Assembly (NCBI GenBank): GCA_035221665.1
Contig: CM069158.1
Coordinates: 6,882,001 to 6,946,000, forward strand
Length of the DNA stretch: 64,000 bases
Direction of reading: 5' to 3'
Source: Okamejei kenojei
Lineage: Eukaryota
Shown here one piece after another: positions 26,600 through 38,793 of the stretch (positions within the stretch are counted from its first letter, which is position 1; the number at the start of each line of letters is the position of its first letter). Under the pieces are notes generated by a model. That model searched no databases, was not told the origin of the DNA, and worked only from the letters and a program-made list of their open reading frames with translations. Made by a program: the position numbers and the translations under genes.

Positions 26600-26728
26600 G
26601 AGTACAATCATCCTCTTTATTATCAGTAGAGTTTAGTTCACCAGACTGCCTTTCAACAAGCCAATTCACAGAAGAGGTTATGGAGGAAGAAGATGACGAG
26701 AACCTTCCAAGCATACTGGCGCACCAAG
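26600..26728 (+). CDS. PWWP3A: PWWP3A coding exon (GVQSSSLLSVEFSSPDCLSTSQFTEEVMEEEDDENLPSILAHQ)
   Basis: ctgcag acceptor, G|GTGAGA donor, 129 nt, phase 1-1. Acidic tract plus LPSIL precedes the PWWP domain as in PWWP3A. Confidence 0.88.
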
Positions 26729-27224
26729 GTGAGATTTATAACTCCAGTTCTTTGTGTCTTAAAATCATAATTTAAACTTTTTCTCTCATCTCTCACAGTT
26801 CACTATGTACTTGGGGCTGACAGAGTATAATATGTTGTTCAATATATTAAAGTTTCAAAGCATATTTTATATGATGGAAAAGTGATATTTAAGCAATAAC
26901 TACTGTTATGTTATAGGACCAGAATTAGGCTATTTGGCCCATGAAGTCTACTAGGCCTTCAATCATGACTGATCTATCTTTCCCTTTCAACCGCATTCTC
27001 CTGCCTTCTTTCCATAACCCAACATCCTGTTAATGACAAATTTAAACTACCTGCTGTTTAATATCATCCCAGTTTCATGGAACAAGTGTTTTTTTGCAAT
27101 AGTCAAATCTTTTATTTTTTTAAATGAAGTGTTTTTTTATATTAATTAGGCTGCTAAATTGGTGTTGCACTCTTAGTAGGATCATATGTAAGTCCACAAT
27201 ATATTAAGATTCTAACTCATTTGT

Positions 27225-27650
27225 ACCAAACGTGGTCGCTTGAGGTGTACGGCCGCGCGGGGCCGGTCCCACTTCGAACCGCGGAGGCGTATGAAGTTGT
27301 GCTGGGCTGGTCCCAACATCCCGCAAATGCTGCACTGTCCGATAATTCCGCGCGCCAACAGCCTGTCGGCCCACAGGCTCATTGAGGGCTTACGAAGCGT
27401 CTTGACGGCATATGCCTAGCGCGCGGCGTTGCACGATGACGTCACCGCCCGGCGCCGTGCGACGTCCAAATTCAGTCGGCCCGCCTCCTGCCCAGCTGAT
27501 TGGTGAGTAGGATGTCGGGACCAGCCCCACACAACTCCATACGCCTCCGCGGTGCAAAGTGGGACCGGCTCCACGTGGCCGTACGCCTCAAGCGACCACG
27601 TTTGGTCGTGCTAGACGCATGCAATCGCATGCTGGTGGGACGGGCCCTTT
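27225..27650. mobile_element. CpG-rich Harbinger-like MITE with long internal inverted arms (about 27225-27321 and 27510-27607)
   Basis: accaaacgtggtcgcttgagg... pairs with ...cctcaagcgaccacgtttggt. Right terminus gtgggacgggccctt. Left terminus missing. Confidence 0.7.
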
Positions 27651-29013
27651 TAACTAACCCGAAAAATATATTGTTCAGCGGGTCAGGCAGCATCTCTAGA
27701 AGACATGGAGAGGTGACTTTTTGAGTTGGGGGCCTTCTTCAGCCACTCTTTATTAACCTGCCTTTGTTCCATGTTCCTTAATACCAAATGCAGTTTTGAT
27801 CATTTCTTGGTATTGTTCAAGATTTAATTTAAACTTGAAAGAGTCTCATTTATAACTACAACAAAGCATAATATTTGGAATGGAATACTTTATTGTCACA
27901 TGTGACAAGCCACAGTGAAATTCTTTGCTTGTATACCCAAGGTAGGCAAATAGCGGCCACCTACGGCGATGACCAAGTTATGAAGTACCCCTGCCGGCTC
28001 CTCCTCTGTTCACCTCCCCCACACCGGGTCCCTCTTTATTCTCCCACTACCCCTTCCTCACGGCGGTCCCCCCCACTCTGGGTCCATTGTTATTCCCCTT
28101 CCTCCTCTCCCCTATCAGAAGTCTCCTCCCCCCCCCCCCTCCACCACCAAATTTCTTCCAAAAAACGAATTTGTTGCCATCAATTATCTATATTCCCAAG
28201 GATGAAAGCTAAAGTTCTGAAAATTGTGGATAAACAATATCGCAGTCAGATGCAGGTCAATCACCCCCGAGACTTATTTTCATTTTTCATACGTCCCCCT
28301 GGCCCTGTTGGAGAACAAAAGAGCAGTATAGGAACATATGGAATAGAACACGTATATTCCTGGCGTGGTTCTCCCAGGGATCTATAATTAGAGTTAGATG
28401 TGTTTAAACTTGCACTCTTATCCTCTTGCAATAAAGGCTTACATAATATTTACCTTCCCGATTGCTTGCTATACCTTGTTAGCTTTCAGTGATTTATGTA
28501 CAGACATATTAGTATCCCCCTAAACAGCGACTCCTTTCATTCTCTCACTACTATAAAATATTTGACCAAATTGGATTGGTATTTTCCTCATTATATTCCA
28601 TTTTTCACATTTTCCCATTCACATAGTCGGTCTGCATCTCCTGAAGCCCATCAGCATCCTCCTCACCAACCACAGTTTTCCCCAGCTTAATATCATATTT
28701 CCCAAGCTGTGTTTGCTACTCTCAGGTTGCAAGTAAGTCTGATAACTGTCTACAATACAGTTGTGTGCCGAATTTGGTTAGTGTATCTTTAAGTGTCCTA
28801 AAATTATTAACCTTTCAGGCAATAAAATCCCAAAATAAAAAAAAAAGAGTTGCCTCAAGATTACGATTTGGAAGAAAAACAAATAATTTAAATGCTTTCT
28901 CTTTTTAAAACAAAAAGAAATGAAGTTGATGGAGTTTAATTATTATTTTCATGCCATTTTCAATCACTGCCAAATTCAAAGCCGATTCATTTATCTTGTG
29001 TTTACTTCTGCAG

Positions 29014-29084
29014 AGCAGTGGTCAGTCGCTGAAGGAATGTTGGTGTGGTGTAAATTCCAAAAGTACCCATATTGGCCTGCAATG
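29014..29084 (+). CDS. PWWP3A: PWWP3A exon with the PWWP signature (EQWSVAEGMLVWCKFQKYPYWPAM)
   Basis: ctgcag acceptor and ATG|GTGAGG donor. GMLVW..K..YPYWPA is the PWWP-domain motif. Confidence 0.95.
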
Positions 29085-30150
29085 GTGAGGGAAAAATTAA
29101 ATCACAGCAACAAATTCATGTTCTGAACTTGCATTTGAAATCTTTCTGGAAAAAGTTGTCGCATGTGTCAATAGTTGCATTGTAATAATGTCAAATTATG
29201 ACTTTGCACCAGATTACTGGGGAATTGAAGGCTTTTGTGAATCACTTTGCTGTAAATTTGATGCAAAGTATTTCTATTACGTTAAGTGGTTATTCTGTAT
29301 GTTTAACCTAAAACTCGGGTCTCGCCGTGAGATGATCAGTGAGAATTACCTGGAATTGGAATTCTTCATTCCACTTAACCTCAGGGTCAGTTCAGGCCTA
29401 AGATCCCCAATATTTCAAGGGGGGCTTGACCATAAATGTTTCTCATGGCTGGAGAGTCCTGAACCAGAAGATGTAGGCTCGGGGAGAGAGTTTAGATATT
29501 TTGGCCTGAGCTGAGAATTTTTTTTTTTTTAAAGATGTGGACCTTTAGAATTAAGAAGCCAACCTTGGGCATTAAAGGAATGAAGATAAAGGGATCAAGA
29601 GGGAAAGTGGACAACACACAGATTCACTTGCGTTCTAAAGACTAATTTCTGTTCCTTCAAAGTTGAAAATAAATAAAAATCATAGAAAAAGCAGAGCATA
29701 GGAACAAGCCTGTTGGCCCCGTGAGTCCATGCCGCCAAGTGCTAATTTTAACATTAAACTACCCGAACCCATGTTATTCTCCTTCAAGATCCAGATTCCT
29801 CCGCCCGTCCCTCCCAGGTTCTATCAGCTGTAATCCAAGGGCAATTTGCATTGGCCAATTAAAGACATGCAGACTAGTGGGTTGAGAGGTGGGAGGAAGA
29901 TGGAGCATCTAGAGGGAAACACATGCAGTGACGGAGAGAGCGTGCCAACTCACACAGACTGACCCAAATCACTGCTGCTGAGAGGCAACAGTACTATTAT
30001 CATTGTGCTGCCCTTGTCGTGTATAATTTTTGTTTCGGGTAAATTGAAATCCTTGCAATGTTATATGGGGACATGGTGGTAATAGGTCACCATTTAATTC
30101 TAGATCAGATTGGCCCAAAGTCAGCTCATTGAAAAGAAAACATTCACATA

Positions 30151-30245
30151 AGTCTGAAGAAGGGTCTCGACCCGAAACGTCGCCCATCTCCTTCGCTCCT
30201 TAGATGCTGCTGCACCCGCTGAGTTTCTCCAGCTTTTTGTGTACC
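30151..30245 (+). mobile_element. Penelope terminal-repeat fragment containing a minimal hammerhead-like core
   Basis: ctgaaga-a-gggtc-tc-gaccc-gaaac-gtc at 30154-30181. Same repeat family as the ends of the Penelope element at 15447-16380. Confidence 0.7.
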
Positions 30246-30359
30246 CACATAATTATTGCGCTTGTTTTCATGGCATTTTTTTCGCACGTAAGTGTAGCAA
30301 AACATACTTTAGCATTTTTAATAAAGTTTAACTTCATAAGTGCACATCTACTTGAACAG

Positions 30360-30445
30360 GTAAGAAGTGTAAAGAATAGGATAAAAAAGGCCAGCATATT
30401 GTTCGTGGATGAAAATATAATAGACGTTGAAAGGAATAAAAAGGG
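30360..30445 (+). CDS. PWWP3A: PWWP3A PWWP-domain exon (VRSVKNRIKKASILFVDENIIDVERNKKG)
   Basis: aacag acceptor and GG|GTAAGT donor. Resembles VKSVRQRDKKASVLYIE. Confidence 0.92.
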
Positions 30446-30929
30446 GTAAGTGAATACCAACATTTTTTGCTTGAGATTCATTTTGAGAAACAGGATCTAG
30501 TCTTTCTCTTTCCCATCCTCCATTTTCCTGGTCATTTTGATTTACAAATTAGCATGTGCCATCCTCTAGTACTCGAAAACATTGAGAGCAAGATAGGCCA
30601 GTTAGCTCTACAAACATATTCTTCAATTCAGTAAGGCCATGGCTGATCCCATCTTGGCCTTGACACCACTTTCTGTGTTCTTTAACCTTATCCCTGATCC
30701 CCTTGCAATTTAACTATCAGTCTCCATCTTCAGTGACGCTGCCTTCAAAGCACTGTGGAGAATTCCAAAGATTCAGAACCTTCAGAAAAAATAAAATTGT
30801 TCTTGTATCCATCTTGGGTAGGCACTGTATATTCTGAAATATTTTCTCTCGGCATCCACCCTGCCACTCCCCCTCATATTTTGTTTCAGTAATATTACCT
30901 CTGCATTCCATTGGGTACAGTCACAACCT

Positions 30930-31955
30930 TATAACCATATAACCATATAACAATTACAGCACGGAAACAGGCCCTCTCGGCCCTTCCAGTCCGTGCCGAC
31001 CATTTGTTTTCCCCTAGTCCCATCTACCTGCACTCAGACCATACCCCTCCATTCCCTTCACGTCCATATACCTATCCACTTTACTCTTAAATGTTAAAAT
31101 CGATCCTGCCTCCACCACTTCTGCTGGAAGCTGATTCCACACAGCCACCACCCTCTGAGTAAAGAAGTTCCCCCTCACATTACCCCGAAACCTCTGTCCC
31201 TTAATTCTCATGTCATGCCCTCTTGTTTGAATCTTCCCTACCCTCAATGGGAAAAACATATCCACGTCAACTCTGTCTATCCCTTTCATCATTTTAAAGA
31301 CCTTCCTATGTCAACCTCTTCAACCCAGCAATCAACCCAGAGAACTGCACTTCTCCAGTGCAAGCATATAAAGTCATAGTCAAACAGCATGGAAACAGAC
31401 ACTTTGGCCCAACTTTCCCAAATGTCCCAGCTGCATTGGTCCCAACTGCCTGGGTTTGGACCATCTCCCACCAAACCTGTCCTATCCATGTACCTGTCTA
31501 ACCGTTTCTTAAACGTTGGGATACTCCCTGCCTCAACTACCTCCTCTGGAAGTGTGTTCCATACACCCACCACCATTTGTGTGAAAACATTACTCAGATT
31601 CCTATTAAATCTTTTCTCCTTCACCTTAAACCTATGTCCTCTGGTCCTTGATTCCCCTGCTCTGGGCAAGAGATTCTGTGCATCTACTCGATCTATTCCT
31701 CTCATGATTTTATACACCTCTATAAGATCTCCCCCTCATTCTCCTGTGCTCCAAGGAATAGAGTCCCAGCCTATTCAGCTTCTCCCTGTAGCTCAGACCC
31801 TCAAGTCCTGGCAACATCTTCGTAAATCTTCTCCGTACCCTTTCCAGCTTGACAACATCATTCCTACAACATGGTGCCCATAACTGAACAGAATACTCTA
31901 AATGTGACCTCCCAACTTCTATACTCAATACTCTGACTGATGAAGGCCAATGAAT
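30930..31955 (-). mobile_element. Two adjacent CR1 3' fragments
   Basis: YKIMRGIDRVD...TRGH..K...FTQRVV..WN.LP CR1 C-terminal motifs in ORFs 31014, 31289 and 31710. (atatggtt)n tail near 30930-30950. Confidence 0.88.
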
Positions 31956-33412
31956 AAGATGATATATTTAGTTTAATAGGAAGAGCAAAGTCCTATGCAG
32001 TCTCCGGATGTGGTCTCATCAGCATCCTGTACAGTTCCATCAAAATGTCTCTACTTTTATATTCCAGCTCTTTAAAGTTAAATATTCCATTGGTGCCTAA
32101 TTATTTGCTGTACTCGCATTAACTAAGTGTCTCGTATACTAAGATCCACAAATGCCTTTGCAGTCTCACACTTATTTAAATTATTTTTAATCACTTTTTT
32201 CCACCCTGCCAAAGTGGAGAACCTCACCCTTTCCCACATCATACTCCATCGGACTGCTTCTTATCCACTCGCTAGTCCCATCTGTATCTTTTTGCATGCT
32301 CTGTGTGCTCTTCTGTTGTTAATCCAGCTGTTTCTGCTATCCATAAATTGAATTGCAGCAGTGTGTGTGATTCCTTCAGTTAAATCACTAATATGGCCCC
32401 AGCACTTTTTCCCTGTGAAGCCCCACTCTGCCCCATTATATACTGATTGACAATTTGAAAATGACCCAACTCTTACCTATTCATGACCAAGACCCTATTC
32501 ATGACAATATATTCATTAACCTTTGAGGGTGGCATGTTAATTAATGCCACAATTACTGGTAGTATATATGCTAAATCTAAGCTTAAATCTGCTGACCAGT
32601 AATGGTATCATTGTGAAGAAACTTAAATACTTGGCTTGTGTGTGTGGTCGTTGAGTCAATCTCTTGGTTCTCAGCATAAACATAACTCGCATCTGTAGAA
32701 TTGCAGTCTGCATTCCAGGAAGTAATACTATCCCCTCCTGTATTGAGTAGGGCCAGGTGCAAAAGCAGTTCCTGCGCACTCCTCCCTCTCCGCCACTCAA
32801 ACTGTCACTGTTGATCCACGTGACAAAGCTTGGAGATAACAAAGTCATTGGAAAACCGGTAAAATAATAAGGAAACAGTTTGAGTAGAAGATAATCAAGG
32901 AGAATAAAAAGTCAACCATCTCAAAAGGTTTGTCCATACATTGGGAAGAATGTAGAAAAGCAACAGCGAATCTACCATAATGTGATATGATAATATGATC
33001 AGCCATGATCACATTGAATGACGTTACTGGCTCGGTGGGCCAAATGGCCTACTCCTGCACCTATTGTCTATAAGTAGAGAAGTACACTGAGAATGAGCAT
33101 CTCTGGTATACAGGCAACAAAGGATGCAAGTATTCCAGAGTATTAACAGTTGAGATGATATGGACAAAATACCAAAGGATAGCACTACATCCAAGGAGAT
33201 CAAATTAATTAAATGGATAGTAGGAAAAAGGATTTACCTGAAAAATGCTAGGAATCTATTTAACAAGTGGTGTTAGAACTTTGGTAATAGTTTCCCATAA
33301 ACTAATGGTCATGTTTGGATCCAAGCTTGATAGTTCATGTCTTCTAATACACATTGGGCAGCTTTATGTAACAGTGCAATTAATTATACCAGTTCTTTTC
33401 TAAATACTACAG

Positions 33413-33473
33413 CTTTTGCGTGTCCATAAGAACATTAAAGCCCTTTGATTGTGAGGAACGACATCAATTTACA
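33413..33473 (+). CDS. PWWP3A: PWWP3A coding exon (GFCVSIRTLKPFDCEERHQFT)
   Basis: tacag acceptor and ACA|GTAAGT donor. Resembles GFTVSLKSLKHFDCKEK. Phase 2 in, phase 0 out. Confidence 0.92.
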
Positions 33474-33856
33474 GTAAGTGTTTACAAATCTCACTTTGCT
33501 TCTGTTCCAACATTTAATCTAAACCAGCTAATTAAATCTGTTCATAGTTCTACTGATCTCTTCCTGGATAAATTAGATCTTGTGGGTTTTAACCTTATCT
33601 TTTGATGGTCGATCTGTGCACTAAAAAATCATTTATCATATGATGAGTCTTGTTGGCAAGGAGCCAGGATTTTTGTTTTTGACTACATTGCTACAAATTG
33701 CAATTTGTACTATTACATTGCTACAAATTGCAAATGAGTTGTCACAGCAGTAAGAAGTGGGTTCTGATAATGTTAACTGCGTGTAAAATGTTAATGTTTG
33801 CTGCTTATAGTTCACATAAAGGCCAGTGCTCCTGAAGTAATCATTTAGCAGCTTCA

Positions 33857-36800
33857 AGGGTCAGGGATGTCACTGAACGGCTGCAGAACATTCTGGAGGG
33901 GGAGGGTGAACAGCCAGTTGCCGTGGTGCATATTGGCACCAACGATATAGGTAAAACAAGGGATGAGGTCCTACAAGGTGAATTTAGGGAGCTAGGAGAT
34001 AAACTTAAAAGTAGGACCTCAAAGGTAATAATCTCTGGATTACTACCAGTACCACGTTCCAGTCAGAGTAGAAATAGGAGGATATTGCAGATGAATACGT
34101 GGCTTGAAAAATGGTGCAAGGGGGAGGGATTCCAATTTTTAGGGCACTGGAACCATTTCTGGGGGAGGTGGGACCAGTACAAACAGGATGGTCTGCACCT
34201 GGGCTGGAATGGAACCAATGTCCTTGGGGGAGTGTTTGCTAGTGCTATCGGGGAGGATTTAAACTAATGTGGCAGGGGGATGGGTACAAGAGCAGAGAGG
34301 CAGGTGGGTGTAAAATGAGGGTAGAAGCAATAGGGAGCAAGGTGAAAAGTAAAAGGCAGACAAAACCAGGGCAAAAATCAAAAAGGGCCACTTTTCAACA
34401 TAATTGTGTAAGGGGTAAGAGTGTTGTAAAAAAAGCCTGAAGGCTTTGTGTCTCAATGCAAGGAGTATTTGTAATAAGGTGAATGAGCTGAACATGCAGA
34501 TAGCTATTAATGATTATGATATAGTTGGGATCACGGAGACATGGCTCCAGGGTGACTAAGGCTGGGAGCTGAACATCCAGGGATATTCAATATTCAGGAG
34601 GGATAGAGAGAAAGGAAAAGAAGGTGGGGTAGCGTTGCTGGTTAGAGAGGAGATTAACACAATGGAAAGGAAGGACATTAGCTTGGAGGATGTGGAATCG
34701 GTATGGGTAGACCTGCGAAACACTAAGGGGCAGAAAACTCTGGTGGGTGTTGTAGACAGGCCACCTAACAGTAGTAGTGAAGTTGGGGATGGTATCAAAC
34801 AGGAAATTAGAAATGCGTGCGACAAAGGCAAAACAGTTATAATGGTTGACTTCAATCTACATATAGATTGGGTGAATCAAATTGGCAGAGGTGCTGAGGA
34901 AGAGGATTTTTTGGAATGTATGTGGGATAGTTATCTAAATCAACATTTAGAGGAACCAACGAGAGAGCAGGCTATTTTAGACTGGGTATTGAGTAATGAG
35001 GAAGGGTTAGTTAGCAGTCTTGTTGTACGTGCCCCCTTGGGCAAGAGTGACCATAATATGGTCGAGTTCTTCATTAGGATGGAGAGTGACATTGTTAATT
35101 CAGAAACAATGGTTCTGAACTTAAAGAAAGGTAACTTTGAGGGTGTGAGACATGAATTGGCCAAGATTGACTGGCAATTAATTCTAAAAGGGTTGACGGT
35201 GGATATGCAATGGAAGACATTTAAAGACGGCAAAAGAATAAATCAGGGAAGGTAGTGCATCCGTGGATAACAAGGGAAATCAGGGATAGTATCAAAGCAA
35301 AGGATGATGCGTACAAAGTAGCCAGAAAAAGCAGCATACCTGAGGACTGGGAGAAATTCAGAGACCAGCAGAGGAGGACCAAGGGCTTAATTAGGAAAGG
35401 AAAAATAGATTATGAAAGAAAACTGGCGGGGAACATAAAAACTGACTGCAAAACGTTTTTATAGATATGTGAAGAGAAAGAGATTAGTTAAAACAAATGA
35501 AGGTCCCTTGCAGTCAGAAACAGGTGAGTTGATCATGGGGAACAAGGATATGGCGGACCAATTGAATAACTATTTTGGTTCCATCTTCACTAAGGAAGAC
35601 ATAAATAATTTGCCGGAAATAGCAGGGGACCGCAGGTCAAAGAAGGAATTGAGTGAAATCCAGGTTAGTGGGGAAGTGGTGTTGGGTAAATTGAATGGAT
35701 TAAAGGCCAATAAATCCCCAGGGCCAGATAGGCTGCATCCCAGAGTACTTAAGGAAGTAGCTCCGGAAATAGTGGATACATCAGTGATAATCTTTCAAAA
35801 CTCTTTAGATTCTGGAGTAGTTCCTGAGAATTGGCGGGTAGCAAACATAACCCCTCTTTAAGAAGGGAGGGAGAGAGAAAACGGGGAATTACAGACCAGT
35901 TCGTCTAACATCGGTAGTGGGGAAACTGCTGGAGTCAGTTATTAAAGATGCGATAGCAGCACATTTGGAAAGTGGTGAAATCATTGGACAAAGTCAGCAT
36001 GGATTTACGAAAGGTAAATCATGTCTGACGAATCTTGTGGAATTTTTCAAGGATGTAACTAGTAGCGTGGATAGGGGAGAACCAGTGGATGTGGTGTATC
36101 TGGACTTCCAGAAGGCTTTCGACAAGGTCCCAGATAAGAGATTAGTATACAAACTTAAAGCATACGGCATTGGGGGTTCAGTATTGATGTGGATAGCGAA
36201 CTGGCTGGCAAACAGGAAGCAAAGAGTAGGAGTAAACGGGTCCTTTTCACAATGGCAGGCAGTGACTAGTGGGGTACCGCAAGGCTCAGTGCTGGGACCC
36301 CAGCTATTTACAATATATATTAATGATCTGGATGAGGGAATTGAAGGCAATGTCTCCAAGTTTGCGGATGACACTAAGCTGGGGGGCAGTGTTAGCTGTG
36401 AGGAGGATGCTAGGAGACTGCAAGGTGACTTGGATAGGCTGGGTGAGTGGGCAAATGTTTGGCAGATGCAGTATAATGTGGATAAATGTGAGGTTATCCA
36501 CTTTGGTGGCAAAAACAGGAAAGCAGACTATTATCTAAATGGTGGCCGATTAGGAAAAGGGGAGATGCAGAGTGGTTTATACTCTCTAGAATATAGGCGA
36601 TTGAGGGGATCTTATAGAAACTTACAAAATTCTTAAGGGGTTGGACAGGCTAGATGCAGGAAGATTGTTCCCGATGTTGGGGAAGTCCAGGACAAGGGGT
36701 CACACCTTAAGGATAAGGTAGAAATCCTTTAAGACCGAGATGAGAAAGACTTTTATCACACGGAGAGTGGTGAGTCTCTGGAACTCTCTGCCACAGAGGG

Positions 36801-36995
36801 TAGTTGAGGCCTGTTCATTGGCTATATTTAAGAGGGAGTTAGATGTGGCCCTTGTGGCTAGGGGATCAGGCGGTATGGAGAAAAGGCAGGTACGGGATAC
36901 TGAGTTGGTTGATCAGCCATGATCATATTGAATGGCGGTGCAGGCTCGAAGGGCCGAATGGCCTTCTCCTGCACCTAATTTCTATGTTCTATGTT
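33857..36995 (+). mobile_element. Long CR1 LINE: ORF1 SGNH/GDSL esterase remnant and disrupted ORF2 (APE plus RT)
   Basis: VHIGTNDIG...DGLHL in ORF 33923..34267. APE LDWVL...SDH. RT LDFQKAFDKV, GVPQGSVLGP and FADDTKL. Internal deletion near 36570. ttctatg tail. Confidence 0.95.
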
Positions 36996-37253
36996 CAAGA
37001 AATGAATGGACAGGATTGTTATAGTTTTCTAATCTACTTAGAAATATATCGATGCGGCTATCATGTACCATGTAACTTGGGAACCCCTGGTGCCAATGTT
37101 ACATGGGGATAAGTTGAAGTATTGATTTAATATCTGCTTTAGTGAATTAGGGGGAGTTGAGAAGTTGGATGAATTGGTTTAGAGCAAGGTGATGCTAAAA
37201 CGTGGAATATCTTGTCACAACTGACGAACAAAGAAAAATCTGTTGCAGCATCC

Positions 37254-37870
37254 TAATTTGAGGAAGGACATTTTTGCTATTGAGTGCAGCGTAGGTTCAC
37301 AAGGTTAATTCCCGGGATGGCGGGACTGTATTCATGCCTACTATATTCTGTTGTGCTGAAGCAAAGCAAGAATTTCATTGTCCTAGCTGGGACACAAGAC
37401 AATAAACTCTCTTGACTTGACTGTCATATGATGAAGGAATGGAGCGACTGGGCTTGTATTCACTGGAATTTAGAAGGACAATAGGGTATTTTATAGAAAC
37501 ATATAAAATTATTAAGAGATTGGACACGTTAGATGCAGGAAACAGTTCCCGATGTTGGTAAAGTCCAGAACCAGGGGCCACAGTTTAATAATAACGGATT
37601 TGGCCATTTACTACTGAGATGAGGAAAAAACTTTTTCACAGAGTTGTGAATTTGTTGAATTCTCCGTCTCAGAAGGCAGTGGAGAATGCTGTGGAGAATC
37701 ACAGATGCATTCAAAAAAGAAATAGATAGAGCTCTTAGGGCTAGCGGAATCAAGGGATATGGAGAGAAGGCAGGAACAGGGTACTGATTGTGGATGATCA
37801 GCCATAAGCACATTGAATGGCGGTGCTGGCTCGAAGGGCTAGATGGCCTACCTCTGCACCTATTGTCTTC
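37254..37870 (+). mobile_element. CR1 3' fragment interrupted by a short Rex-type tail (about 37335-37420)
   Basis: CR1 3' coding and UTR motifs (gatcagccat...ggtgctggctcgaaggg). The insert ends acaataaactctcttgacttga. Confidence 0.8.
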
Positions 37871-38163
37871 GTAAGTATCTATGTATCAATAATAGGAAAT
37901 TGTGACCACATGGAAGCAAATATTAAGAGCAAGGAGGTTGTATCGATATAGGCAATTCCAATATAACAAGCACAATTCTCAATATAACAAACAAAATTTC
38001 AATGTGCTTGTTTCGGTGTGCTAACACCTTTTGCATTTAACAGGAACATGCCAGTTTTAACTGCTATTGCAGCCCATTATGCAAGCATCCATTATCTTTT
38101 CAAAGTTTTACTTGATTTGCTTAATATTTGACAATCTTGTAATTGCTGACCACCTTCTTGCAG

Positions 38164-38239
38164 GCTGCAGCAAGACACGTTTACAAGAATGCAATTGACT
38201 GGTGTGTGGCTCTAATTGATGACTATCGAATTAGAAGAG
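38164..38239 (+). CDS. PWWP3A: PWWP3A coding exon (AAARHVYKNAIDWCVALIDDYRIRR)
   Basis: ttgcag acceptor and G|GTGAGT donor. Resembles DIGWCVSLITDYRVRLG. Confidence 0.92.
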
Positions 38240-38523
38240 GTGAGTTGAAGGGTTTTGAAGTGTTATTGTGGTCTTTTTTTCCTTCAATCCAATTGTTCGG
38301 AGCTATAAATATTTCTAGATGTCATTTGGCTTTAATTTGACAATCAAAAGATTTTAATTTGTACTACTTTCATTTAAGGTACTAGTTTGGAAATAACTTT
38401 TAAAATTTAATTTAGTTTGGAGATGTGAAGGCGTCTATAACGCGAAGTTATTCAGTTGCTGACTTGATTAGTATTAAAATAAAATTTGTCCACTTGACTG
38501 TATGTATTGAACTTTCTTGGCAG

Positions 38524-38574
38524 GTTGTGGGTCCTTCACAGGTTCCTTTGTTGAATATTGTACAGCTGAGCTCA
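38524..38574 (+). CDS. PWWP3A: PWWP3A coding exon (GCGSFTGSFVEYCTAEL)
   Basis: ggcag acceptor, A|GTAAGT donor, 51 nt, phase 1-1. Resembles CGSFAGSFLEYYAADIS. Confidence 0.92.
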
Positions 38575-38793
38575 GTAAGTATTTTTGACTTTGGAATGTT
38601 ACCGTTTTAAGTGACCCATGGTTCAATATATTCTACAATGTGGTGAGTTGAATTGAACACCACCTCATGTTAATTGGATTTTGTTTTTGTTTATAATTAA
38701 TGGGAAGTTTGTAAATCATTTTTCTCTAGACTTTATATGATTAGTATTTTAGTTCTCTTTGGCTTGGATCTAAGTTCGCCATCTCGGGAGCAA

